From Catajapyx aquilonaris (taxonomy: Eukaryota): a DNA stretch of 64,000 bases. Positions 52,211-64,000 of the stretch are shown here, one piece after another; position 1 is the first letter of the stretch; the number at the start of each line of letters is the position of its first letter. Location: contig KZ538317.1 of the NCBI GenBank assembly GCA_000934665.2, positions 1 to 64,000 of the forward strand, in the 5' to 3' direction. The notes beneath the pieces are model-generated. The model was not told the DNA's origin and ran no database searches. It saw only the letters and a program-made list of their open reading frames with translations. Position numbers and translations under genes: made by a program.

Positions 52211-52634
52211 CAGGGTGTATCTGAACTCAGTGCCCCGACGTATAGGACTGCCTTCCTAGCCACCAGAGGATCGATTTAAGTGTAGGAATCATTATGTTTG
52301 GCCGCCGCATTACGGAGATAATTGGCCGCAAACATGTAGTACAAAATATCCTGTCGGTTAGGCCACCCATCGAACCCTCCCCCAGTCAGAAGGCTCTGGA
52401 AGGTCTGGGGGCGGGACTTTGTTGGTTTGTTGCCCACAGGTGGTAAGGCCTCTTTGGCTAGTTACACCAGAAAATTCTATTTAAAAGTCAGAAGGAGCGA
52501 TTAGGCGAAAATCGCTAAAGAGTGTATCTCCGTAATGCGGCGGCCAAACATAATGATTCCTATACTTAAATCGATCCTCTGGTGGCTAGGAAGGCAGTCA
52601 TATATGTCGGGGCACTGAGTTCAGATACACTCTG
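52211..52634. mobile_element. Tc1/mariner-type MITE, inverted near-identical copy of 33282-33705
   Basis: Same TIR CAGGGTGTATCTGAACTCAGTGCCCCGAC. The interior is the reverse complement of ~33390-33600. Confidence 0.92.
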
Positions 52635-52732
52635 TATATGCAATTATTGTGATTCACAAGGCTCTCTCATTGGCCACAGTGCCCCATCACGTCTGCTGCC
52701 TACATAATGGCAAAACCTGTGATGTCCATGTA

Positions 52733-53039
52733 CACTGTTCACCCGATTATCCAGGTGTGGATTATCCATGTATAGCCAAAGCGAAGGAAAAGAAATAAAG
52801 GCCCGAAAAAATGTCACTATGTCTTGCAAACAAAGGAATATAACTTTTTTCAGAATACAAACTAAAAATTTGTGGGAATTTTCATTATTTTCACGAAACC
52901 TCATTTAAAGCCGCTCATGTATTGTACAGTAGTTCATTAAAAACCTCTGAACAGCTCATTGTTACGGCATCTAGGACCTTTTTTCGATTATCCGGCGACG
53001 CCCATGCAATCATTAGCCTGGATAATCAGGAGTACAGTG
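52733..53039. mobile_element. pogo/Tigger-like MITE
   Basis: CACTGTTCACCCGATTATCCAGG ... CCTGGATAATCAGGAGTACAGTG. A related left end occurs at ~44872-44945. Confidence 0.6.
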
Positions 53040-53762
53040 CACGACAACTTAAGGAAGGACCCTCTTGAGGTTCAGAGGGTCTGACGCAGTTGAAGTTAAT
53101 TAAAGTTAAAGTTAATTTCACCACTCTTTGTTATAAAGGAGCAGGATATAGCATTGCCACATGTTAAGTTTATTTATGAAAAATTAAACCACTTAGCAAC
53201 CCTGGGGAACTGGGTATGTTGCCTTTCACTAGCATAATGAAAGGGTGATCCTGAAGTGCAAGCTAGGGAACAGGTGACATGTTGTTGGCCTTAGGATGGG
53301 ATTCTAAATAATATAGTCAAACTGACAACTTGTCACAGTCTAACACTACTTTTATCACACCTAATATCCCAATCTGCAATCTAAAGGCAATAAGGGCCTC
53401 AAGAAGACAATATAGATCTTAAGTATGATAAGATTACCTGGGAAATTGTCCGAAGAGTCAGAATACACTAGTTGTCTGCATCTTTGTAAGGGTGGTGGTG
53501 TGCCTACGTTAGGGTAGGGCATGGAAAGTGAGCTGGGACTGTCACAAGATATTAGTGCCAGTATACAGTAGTGTATGGCATCTGTAGCATGTGTGCTTTC
53601 TTCTGTATAAAGTGAGGTGTTTTGGGAGAGAAGTGTGAGACAGTGCCAACTAAAAAAGCAATTTAAAGCTAAAGCTGAAAAAAAGGTCACACTGGGTAGG
53701 ACATAATGATTGTAGTAAATTTCCAAGTTTTCCCCAAATTCCAAATCGTGCAAGGTCAATTA

Positions 53763-54000
53763 TGAGGGCGAAACAAAAAGTAATTCGCAACTTTTTAAAT
53801 TCAGAAGCTTCACTACAAAAACTGAAAAGTTGGCATATGCATATGAGAGGGCAAGTCTTTTCTCTAATTTTAGACGTAGTAACCATACATTTTGGTGCAC
53901 TTGTCTCACTGGGACACTGCTTTTTCCATGAAAAGCATGAGGCCGGCCAGCCGGCGGGGGGATGGCCTCTTTCATGTTCTTGTTGTTGGTGAGGTCTTTA
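53763..54000 (-). mobile_element. Mariner transposon 3'-end relic
   Basis: Minus strand MEKAVSQ*DKCTKMYGYYV* resembles the mariner C-terminal motif (W.KC....G.Y). Terminus TA|TGAGGGCG. Inner boundary approximate. Confidence 0.55.
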
Positions 54001-55178
54001 CAGGCCGGTGTTTTTTTTTTATTAATCTGAAGACGTGGTAGACCATGGTTAGACCATCACTTCCTACCAGGCCGAGATAAATAATATTTCACCCAAGATG
54101 CACGTGTTTCAGGATACATTCTGCCTCTGCAGACAATAATTTATCATGGAAATTGAGCATAACATTATCACAAGCGTAAGTGGCAAGTTCTAGTTTTTGT
54201 TCTTTTTTCTTGCGTTATGAAAATTAGCCCTGAAATAGGTGCATTTGCAATTTGGTCAACTTTGAACTTCCCCAAGGGGAAATTTAGAGATGGAGGAATT
54301 TTTATATTGATTTTTTTGCAACAACAATAGATTATGCACAATATTCTTCGAGTCGCATATTTTGTAATGCAATTAATATGATATGTCACAGGTGTAGGCA
54401 TTTTCATTCTGCAACCAGCATTTCCAATCATTGATCTTGTTAAATGTCTGTTTTGGGCCCAGTTGTATCAACATTCATTAAGGTTAACTATGAAGTTTGT
54501 GTAAATAACAGTTCACACACACACACAATTTGCCCTTAGTAAACAATATGTGGTTCTACAAAATTGCACGAAACTTGCCATTGCTGTAAAAGTTCATATA
54601 AAAATTCCTGCACATCCCATCTATTTCAAATTTGAAAATTAAAATTGCAAATTCAGCAATTTTACAACCTGAGTATCACTCTTCCTTCTGAAATTACCTG
54701 CAGTTACTGCTGAAAATTACTTCATGCAGTGACAATTTATCCTTTAATATATCCTTCCATGAACAGTATTTTATAGTAAATTAATTTTATCATGTAAATG
54801 AAGACGTCACTTGCCAAAGGGCCCAACTCCACTGATTTTGGCCTTCAATAGACTCTGACCTATTGCTTTTCAGTAGATGATGCCTATGCCACTAGGTGTG
54901 TATAAAGGTGCCCTATGAGCATCATAAACCGGGAAACTCTAAATGGAGTAATTATGCATATATGCAGCTTTTAGTCTCTCTCGAGGAGTTGGGCCCTTTG
55001 TCGTCATAGAGGGAGTTTTGGCTCCAACCCTGGGTGCACTAATCATAGGTGCACTGCTTGCCTCACTGCAAATTTTAGGAGAGAGAAAGAATAATTGTCT
55101 AAGCATTTCTCCATGACTTTTAATCCTTGTAACTATCCTTGTTAATACAAAGTACTGTATCCACGAAGGTAACGGGAT

Positions 55179-55526
55179 CAGTGGCGGAGCGAGCAATGGC
55201 GGCACGCCTGAGCAAAGTGAGGAGCAAGCAGACCAAAAGGAATTTCCCCCTTTTGAACAGGGGAGGCCCGAGATGACAGGTAAATTCAATTCAATAGGTA
55301 CCATGCATAAATTTTTTTGAAAAAAATCATGATTTAGATATTTTCTTTCTTTCTCTCTTTACATGAAGGATTTTGAATTCTTCATTTACAATATTTTGCT
55401 GAGTTTTCATCTTTGTTTTTCTAATTTATGTTGATTTACATTTTATGATCAGGAATTATTTTTGTATTGAAATCCATTGGCACAAAGCAAGTCAGCTCAG
55501 TTGGTTTAGGCCTCGCTCCGCCACTG
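55179..55526. mobile_element. MITE-like element with perfect 15-bp TIR
   Basis: CAGTGGCGGAGCGAG ... CTCGCTCCGCCACTG. No TSD evident. Confidence 0.6.
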
Positions 55527-55628
55527 CATGTGTGAAAAACTGGGGCAAAGCATTATGGCGTTAATGATGCAGTACACAAAAGAATTGTAACAACCAATCC
55601 TCCCCCCAAAACCTTTATAACCTTGCAG

Positions 55629-55747
55629 GTCCACCCAACCCTGAGAATGTTCCTGAAGATGGAAAGCTAAAATCCGAGATGATGATCAAAGACAACCGTC
55701 GTTATTATCTAGACCTCAAGGAAAACTCACGTGGTCGATTTCTGAGG
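55629..55747 (+). CDS. Pur-alpha: Pur-alpha-family protein, exon (start of PUR repeat II)
   Basis: CCTTGCAG acceptor, phase 1; [39 protein letters not shown]; donor GTAGGT. Confidence 0.97.
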
Positions 55748-55814
55748 GTAGGTGGTCGATTTTTAGCAACACCCCTCCGTGGGCTTGCTAACATTGGATT
55801 TGCATCTAATGCAG

Positions 55815-56042
55815 GTGTCACAGACGATAACACGTGGAGGGCCCCGGTCCCAGATTGCCATCCCTGCCCAGGGGATGATCGAGTTCCGGGATGCCCTCAC
55901 TGACCTCCTGGAGGAATTTGGGACTGATGATGGGGGGTTTAAGGGTGAGCTGCCTGAGGGGAGGCATATGCGGGTGGAAAACAAGAACTTCTACTTTGAC
56001 ATAGGCCAGAACAATAGGGGGATCTATATGCGCATTTCGGAG
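55815..56042 (+). CDS. Pur-alpha: Pur-alpha-family protein, exon (repeat II end, repeat III start)
   Basis: After a 67-nt intron: [36 protein letters not shown]...[21 protein letters not shown]; donor GTGAGT. Confidence 0.97.
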
Positions 56043-56856
56043 GTGAGTCTGATTTTTCATGTAATTTTATATTGCACTGTTCTCAAGATATCAAATGTAG
56101 GTGGTCAGAGAGAGAAATCTGGAGACATGCCGTGCTTAAGGTGCCATGTGCAAAAGGTCAGGTTCAAGGCAGTAACCGCACTATTTTGATCCAATTCATT
56201 ATTAAAGGATCACATGCGTGCACTTGGTGTAGCTGGAATTAGGCTCTTAACAGGACTCTGCCCTGACGCCCCACTTATTTTCTGCTTATATTCCCTGCAA
56301 ATTTCTATGGCAGGGTCAGTATTAATCAGTATTGGGACAGATGAAGAATCGAGGGCATAAAACGAATCAAGGGCATAAAAAGAAAAGGGCTGCAGTAGTT
56401 CATTATAAGGATGACATTTTAAAGTTGTGCCAATACATGCAATTGTTGTGTCAGTAATGAGAAAAGGATTAATTCTGACAGGTTCTGTGCCTTCACTCGA
56501 GACACACTTGGCACATGGCGTTGGTGTTTCAAAGTGGTTTTCGCATTCAATTTTAAGGAACTGTCCGAATTGCAGAGAGGAAATGTGATGTGTCATGGAC
56601 ACGCCTTACTTCTCTTTTGTCACATCAAATTCAGTAGATTTAAGGTGCTATCATTAGATCTGTTATACACTGTGAACCAAGCTCTTGATGAGTATGTCAT
56701 GGTCATGGTCTGTCCATGGTAATGTCACATTCATTTTTCCTTTGTTATGAAATAGAGAACCCCTTTCCATTACAAGTTCAAGGGTGATGAGACCTAGGAC
56801 ATCTCCCCAAGTGAGTTGAGGGCTACCACACGCTTTGAAATGCATAACCTCCACAG

Positions 56857-56991
56857 GTGAAAACGAACTTCCGGACGGCAATCACCATTCCAGAAAAGTC
56901 CTGGGCGCGTTTTCGTGACATCTTTGCTGACTATGTAGAGAAGATGAAAGAGGGTGAGAAGGCAGGGACTGAAGCAAGTACTAGCAAATGA
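56857..56991 (+). CDS. Pur-alpha: Pur-alpha-family protein, terminal coding exon
   Basis: CCTCCACAG acceptor; VKTNFRTAITIPEKSWARFRDIFADYVEKMKEGEKAGTEASTSK, TGA at 56989-56991. Confidence 0.93.
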   Translation: MKTNFRTAITIPEKSWARFRDIFADYVEKMKEGEKAGTEASTSK

Positions 56992-59900
56992 GGCTGGGCT
57001 ATGTGCTTCCGAACATTCTTCCTCGGCAACCACCACCACTCATGCCGCTTTTGTAGTTGCTGCTGTCAGTTCAGCAGTAACAGGAGAAATAACAATTGCG
57101 ACAACAACAATAGGAATCACCGCCACTGCCGCCTGCTGCTCCTGCTACTTTCCCTGCCCTGTGCCGCTTCTGGCCCTCCCAAACGAATAGGCCATCTTTA
57201 AAGGCTGACCTCTCCCTACCCAGCGGTAAGTCTAGAAGTTGAGGAAGACAAGCAGGACATGAAGAAAAGCAACAGTTCCTGCCAGCGGAGAAGAGAGATG
57301 AGTCAGGAGATGGTTTTCCAGTGCCCACTGCCCAGTTGTTATACTCTCTCTTATTATTTCCTTAGTTTCTTGTTTTTGTTTTTTGCTTTCTTGGCAAGGT
57401 GGAATGCTGATAGTTATACTCTTCATTGGGTTTTATTTTCCTATTGAGGAGTTGTTTTTTTTAATGTTGGTATTGACTGGTAGCAGATGGCAAAAGTTTT
57501 TTGTGATCAAGTTGGTTTTGGCATTGGCCAATTAGTTGGGGATATTTTTTGGTTGGTTGCCCAGTGAAGTATGTAACGTGAAATGTAGCACCAGTTCAAG
57601 TGTGAGTGAAAACTAAAGAAGTTATTCTTTTCTTGTGTTTAAAAAAATTGCTTTTGCTGTTGCCGGTGCCACTTGTATGAGAAAAGACTTAACAAATGGA
57701 GGGAAGATGAGTTGTAAAGCAACAGACAAGTTTCCGTGGGGAAAATATATATATACGGAACAGTTGGACAAATTATTGTTTTTGCCGAATGTATAATATT
57801 GTTAACAGCTTTCACAAAGTACAGTCGGTAATTTTTTTTAAATGTTTTAAAAATCTACGGCTTGGTGCTGTATACCAATGTGCAGGAGACTGTAATCCTG
57901 TGAAGAACACTACATCAAACATATAATGGGAGAGAGAGAGCCACAGCAGTTGAAAGAACAGCAGGAGGCAAGGATGTTTAGCAGCTACCTCTGTGGAAGT
58001 TTTCCATTGCCACCAGAGGACTGATAAGTTGCAGTGAAAATATGGCCGAAGTTGGAGTTTTAAAACACACACAATGGGCCCCAACTGAGAAGTTGTGAAA
58101 GGAAGGAAGGTTTGGAAAGGTCCTTCTTTCTGGTTTCCCTAATTTTTGGGTGGGTGCCAAGAAAGACTTGCTCCTCAGCTAGCCATTCTGTTGTTTCTGC
58201 AGAACTGGAGGAGAGACCAGTGAATTTATAGGCAAAGGGGTGGAGGTTGTTTCCTCGTGGAAAGTGTGTCATCTCCATCTTTACACTTAAGCATCGCCAC
58301 CATGTCATGGACCACCTACCATCACCACCATATGACCTGTGTTCGGCACTAAGCAACATGTAAGTGTGTGAGTGCAAGTGCTCTGGCCCACCCCTTCTTA
58401 GTACCAACTATACTTCCCCCTGCTCCCTGTGTAACATACACAAAACACACTACACATGGTGCACACGTGAACCTGAACACTCATTGAAGACAATTTATGA
58501 AGAAAAGTTGACCTTAAGGACAAAGTTATGAAAGCCACTGCTGCCATTTTTTTTAAGTGGTCTTGAAGGGTGGGAAAGTCTTGGGGGAGGGGATAATGGT
58601 TGCTGTCAGTAAGTAGTGTCAACTGCTGTTATTTTTTTTATCATTATTCAAATGACTACCACCGTTATCATCAGTCGGTTTAGCTCTTGGGTGTAATCAA
58701 AATGGTGCTGGCCACCACTTTGTGCTCCCGTTTTTTGGTTAACTATTTAGTGTTTCCTCCCCAATCCTCCCTCTCTCTCTTCCTTCTTTGTGTCATGGTT
58801 ATGGCCACCACCTTGGATATGTTGGGGGGGATTAGGAGGGAAGTGTGGGGAGGGAAGGGGGTAAACGATAAAAAGAAATCTAAGAGGTAAGAAAAAAGAA
58901 GGAAGAAGTTATTCACTGGTATATGTTGACCCTGTTATAGTAGTACTTTTACTATAAGAAGCTTTGAGCCAAAGGGATTTAATGTTGGGACGTGGTGACC
59001 ATTTTTGTTGTTTGCTTGTTCTGGTTGTAGAGCCTCCTCCCCTTCACTAACAATGTGTGTTTTGTAGAGTATGGGAGATTGGGTGTTTGTGGGTGGGAGG
59101 GGGAAAACAGTTTAGAGGTTTGGAAGTTGACAAGTTTAGAGAGGAAAAGCCAAGAAAAAAAAATAAGAAAAAAAAGTCTTACCTCAACACCCAGTAACCA
59201 TTTTGTCCTTGCCTTCAAAGAAGAAATTTTTTTTAACAAAGAGCTAATTCAGATGGTGTATGAAAAAAAGAGTAAGTTATACTATAAAGATAGAGGCACA
59301 CATGCAAAGACAACTTAGATGGTGTGGAGAATGGCTTTTGAGAAGGAGGGGATCAATTATCTGGGTTATTTAACTTCTCCACCCCCTTTCCGTCAGAGGT
59401 GAGCTTGTGCTCAGCCGAGATGATAGGACAGGTTAAGAAAGGAAGTGGGACAAGGAGTGGCAGGGGTGGCAGTGAGTTACCACCTTTTAGGCAGTGACTA
59501 AGGCTGGATTTCACAAATGAGGGGAAGCCATGAGCAAGTAATTATAATCCTTCGTGAATAACATAGGATCAGTACTCTTGGGTTACCTTATTTATGCAAT
59601 CAGCCCTCAGACTATTATGTGAGGGAATCCGATAGGATGTTGGTTGCTGCTGCCTCCCCCCTCCCCCCATGTGATTGGGTTGTTTTTTTCTCCTACTGCC
59701 ACATCATTGTTGTACTGCCAACTGTCTTTCTACGCTTTGTGACGGGACAGACAGCACACTGCCTCCAAGCCTTTTGGGACCACCACACAAAGGATTGTTT
59801 CCTGCCCACTTCCAAAGGCTGAGTTGAGATTTTTCATAGTCCAAGTTCCTTAACTCCCACCCAAGACCTCTCCCGACCTTAAACTGTCACCCCCACTCCT

Positions 59901-61902
59901 CCGCCTTGATCATCTCCTCCCAATCTCTCCCCTTCTCCCCCAACCCAGGTACCCCAACAACATTACTCCTGCCTGTCAAAAGGTTGTTTGTTGGTTGGTT
60001 TGGTTGGTTTGGTTGGTTGGTTTTGGGGATGTGGGTTGTACTTTTTTCTTTCTTTCTTTCTTTTTTTGGCAAAGCTGTAAAATTTGTCATTCCAGAAAGT
60101 ATGGCTTTTACCCTGACTTACACATCCCCAGGTCTTGTTGGAATGTAATGTAAATATGTTGAAGGAAAACATGCGAAAATTTTCACAAAAAAAAAGAGAG
60201 AGAAAAACAATAAGGAGGCAGGAAGGTATGACCCAAGTCAGCTAAAGGATGTTGAAGAGTCTGTAGTTGGATAAGGAAATGGCAAGTCACAGACGAAATG
60301 GGGCAAGGTGTTTGATTGGTGCTTTTAAATAATAACCAGTGATGATAATGTTGTTACATATTATTTATAATGGAAATGCATATTATTATGTGCTTGTGGG
60401 CACTTCATATGGGAGTTCATGCCAATTTAATGTTATTTAATGACGCAAATGGTGCTGTGCAGATATCCTCTCTAGATGGTGCTAAACAATTGAAACTTCC
60501 AGGAAGAAAGTCTTTACACTTAATGCCCCCCAGTGATTAAAAGTGTGAATTATGTCTCCCATTGCTCTACAAGCACAAAATTGGCAAGTAAATGTCCAAG
60601 AAAACTAAGCCAAAAATATATACATATATATTATATAAACCTACTAAAAAGTAGTTACAAAAATTAAGCACATGGGAAGAGAGGCAGTAGCTGCTGGTTG
60701 AGGTGAAGCTTTTACTGCCACAGTAGTTGGATTTGTTGTTGGAACTCGCCAACAATTGTTGTGCCATGTGGATCTCCTAAGATCTGTTGAGTTTTTTTCC
60801 TTTTCTTCTTAGAAGCCCTATGAAGTTTGGAAGTTTTGGGACAACCATTAACCCATTTTAAGACAACATATGGTTGAACGGATGGTTGCTGTTGTGTTCT
60901 AAATGGAATTACTCCCAGTAAAATCTCTTAAAGTCATGGCTGTGTAACACTTTTGCTTCCGCACAAATCCTGGAAGGAATCATCATATCACATGCAATCA
61001 GTTTGCAGATTGTCAAAGTTTACTCTTAAGTCAGTAATTTTATTCACATATATGTTTGACCTTATTTCAGTTTGCATGTTACTTCAGCTACATTGTATTA
61101 TTTCCCTCAATAGGCAACTACGCCTGTGGAACAAAATCGGTTTAGAAGCACTCTATAATTTTCCTTTATTCTTCAGGAAACCTCTTCCCTGAAAATAATA
61201 ATATTGGCCGCCGAGAATGTTGGTACTGCCTTCAGGATCACAGAATATAAAGTGTCACAATGTACTTATGAAATGTTGAAAGTTGATCTTATTTCTGGAA
61301 CGACTTTAGAGATATAGCCTGTGAATGAGTGAAATTTTTAAGTTGGTACGAAGTCACTGTGATATTCGGAAATAGTCCTGTGCTTTTTTAACTTCCTTCT
61401 ACAAGTAAGTAATTTTAAGAGTAGCATAGAGAAGTGATGAGTGGTTTGAAGCATGACTTTTCCCTTCTTACCAATTGGCCTCAAGAGATGCTATGATTAC
61501 AGTATATCACAATGTGAGAAAATCAGTAAAAAGTATGTGTAAATGCACTGTGATTGTATGTTTGCATGTATCTGGAGCAAGAACTTTTTGAGATAGGTAC
61601 TTGACTGCATGAATGATTTGAGAGAAGATGTTTCAGTATAAAGTGTATGTCACTTTGTAAATTTATTTTTACCCTGGCCCCTAATCCTTTTGCACCCCCA
61701 CCCTTTCTTGTATTCTCTTATGAATTATGAGCAGTGCATGGAGTATGTTGTGTGCCCCTGTTTGGCTTTTGTATGCAGTGGTATAGTTTCTTTGTTTTTA
61801 TGCCTAAATTTTTATTCATTTGACAAAACTCATGAACATGTTCAAAATTACCTTGGGGCTGAATTCCAAGCAACTGTGTCCCCATCGTGACTTGCCATTG
61901 CC

Positions 61903-61908
61903 AATAAA
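61903..61908 (+). terminator. Candidate polyadenylation signal
   Basis: AATAAA followed by T/GT-rich sequence at ~61950-62010. It would give a ~4.9-kb 3' UTR. Confidence 0.4.
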
Positions 61909-64000
61909 AGTAAATCTCAAAACAGTAAGCATTGGAAGTTCATTTCACATGACTTTTTTTTTTTTAATTCACTTTATTTTTGTTTTGTTTTTGTTTTTGT
62001 CTTTTTTTCTTTCTCTCCCCTCACAAGGCCTGTTGGATGTGTTGCTGTACATTCAGAGTTTCATCAGTGGCATTGGTAGATCATATTACACAGGCAACTG
62101 TCGTTTGGATGTTACAAAATTTGCAAGAGCAGCAAAGTCAAACATTGGCATGCCATGTTGACAAATGTTTGGTGATAGTTTGCAAGTTTGCCACATTTTT
62201 GAAGCCACATCTTTTCAAATCAGTATTGTTTTGGATTATTTATTGTGGAGTAACACATTTTGTTGAGGCCTGGCATAATAGGAGGAGGGCCAGGATCGGA
62301 GGGGGCGGGTCGGAGGCCCCTTTCATTCCCCCCCTCCCCGGGTGCCACCTAGTACAGGAATCTCCATCGCTGACCAGTGTTCAAGGTGATGGCAATAATG
62401 CGACATTTGCAGTGGGAGACGTGCAGTGTTAGAAATTTTGAACAGAGCAATGTGGCTTTTAAAATTAGCGATTTCGGACTTTGGTGATTATGACATGGCA
62501 TTAAAGACTATGAATATATTGTAACTTGAGAAATGCAAAGATTCTAACTGATACATAGTTTCAACTCCCAGAGAACTAACCGCATGTAAAATCTTAAACT
62601 TTGCGTGACAAAGCCTGCAAAGAAATAGAAAAATGGTGCAATGCTGCTATTTACAAATCCATTGAAAGTTACAGTCTTGGAATTTTAGATCCTGTGTGAA
62701 TGTTGTACAGTTCTGAGATGAGCTCTGACTTTCGGTGCAGCCAAGAGGGTCACAACATGGTGTCAAAATTGATTGAGGGGGAAAAAAAGATCATTTGGGT
62801 CATACCAAAAATGAACACAACTAATAGTTATGGTCAGGTTTGACGTGTTCTTGTTCTTTGCCACAAGTTGGATTGTTAACTGCATCCCTTTTGGACTCCA
62901 GTTTGGCAACATTCAGGTGTTCCCAGCAGGCCCAGCATCATAACTTTACCCACTGACCTGGCAGTTATGTCTCATAGTTTTAACTTGGAAAAAAAAGGTG
63001 CTATTTTAGGTCGCACAACTGACTAACACTGCATTTACACACTATCTCTTGATGAGATTTTTGCCCGTTCTAAACAGACTGAAAAAAATAATTTAAAACA
63101 TTGCACGCGGGTAATATTTTGTAATAGATATGCTACCCTCCAGTAATTCCATATTATGTCTGGCGTCCCTGTGAAGGTACTCAATACATGCCATTTTGAA
63201 AGCATTAATTTATTCAGAATCAAAGTACACTACTACAAGTGCTCAGGCGTTTTTAGGACACGGTATGTTAGCAGTTCTATTTCCTGGCATGAGCATACAA
63301 AATACTGTTCATAATATTGTTATTGTTGGTTGTTGCTTTCAAAATGCCCATCCGGAGCTCTGCTCACATGTTCTCGACAAAACACTAATAGCAACTGGTT
63401 GCTAGCTTGTTGAAAATGTTAATTTACCTTCGTAAGGGGCAGTCGCTGACTACAAAGGCTGGACTTTGGTTTTGTCTCTACCCAAATTGTGCAATTCACC
63501 TCTGTACAAAATGGTTTGGATTTCAATGCACTACCAAGTGCTGTTCACTGCGCAAAATGCACTCTTGTTACCAGCCTGATTTCGGTGCAAATGTTGTTGA
63601 CAGAAAAAGATTACCAGGTTTCAAAGTTTTAAAAGGGGGTATCAATCAGGTCACCAGGGCATGTTTTATTCCATTTTGCACACTTGCAGAGCTCATTGCA
63701 CAACATTTTGATTACTTGTCATGCACCAGTACTGAATGTCATAAGAGACCTCTCAACTGGTGGGTCTTTAAATTATTTTCCGAAACCAGGTGTATAATAA
63801 AAATAAAGAAAGACACGTGAATGTAACAATATGACTTAGAACAAGAAAGTTCTCAAATTCACTTTTGTCACACTGTTGTCAAGTTGCCATTAAATCCATT
63901 TTACATTTCTTCAGTCTGTAACCGTTCAGAAATTTTGAGCATCACAAAGTAACGTTTGGAAACCAGAGAAAGAAAAAAAAAAGCGTCATGTTGTGTCCTC

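Noticed and set aside
56756..56810. Possible poison exon (TAG|AGAACC...CCAA|GTGAGT) before the last exon
   Set aside because: It would leave a 46-nt downstream intron, probably too short, and the acceptor is weak.

Overview
Eukaryotic, most likely arthropod, genomic DNA. The window is dominated by one spliced + strand gene for a Pur-alpha/beta-family (PUR-repeat) single-stranded nucleic-acid-binding protein. Five shared coding exons (49939-50054, 50193-50295, 55629-55747, 55815-56042, 56857-56991) read in frame across GT-AG introns. A first coding exon at 2230-2272 (MSDRESGDDQPQAQ) sits about 47.7 kb upstream and gives a 247-aa product. The long first intron holds several further ATG-initiated candidate first exons whose donors are phase 1, matching the shared acceptor. 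It also holds a consensus recursive-splice site (YnCAG|GTAAGT) followed by a 48-nt frame-preserving exon, a (GGN)n tract resembling the protein's own binding element, and many palindromic MITEs (Tc1/mariner, Harbinger, hAT, piggyBac types), tRNA-derived SINEs, mariner relics and a LINE 3' fragment. About 5 kb without recognisable transposons follows the stop codon, probably a long 3' UTR. A divergent gene may start near 1.45 kb on the minus strand. All splice models were read by eye from genomic sequence and need transcript support. Most entries in the ORF track are spurious.
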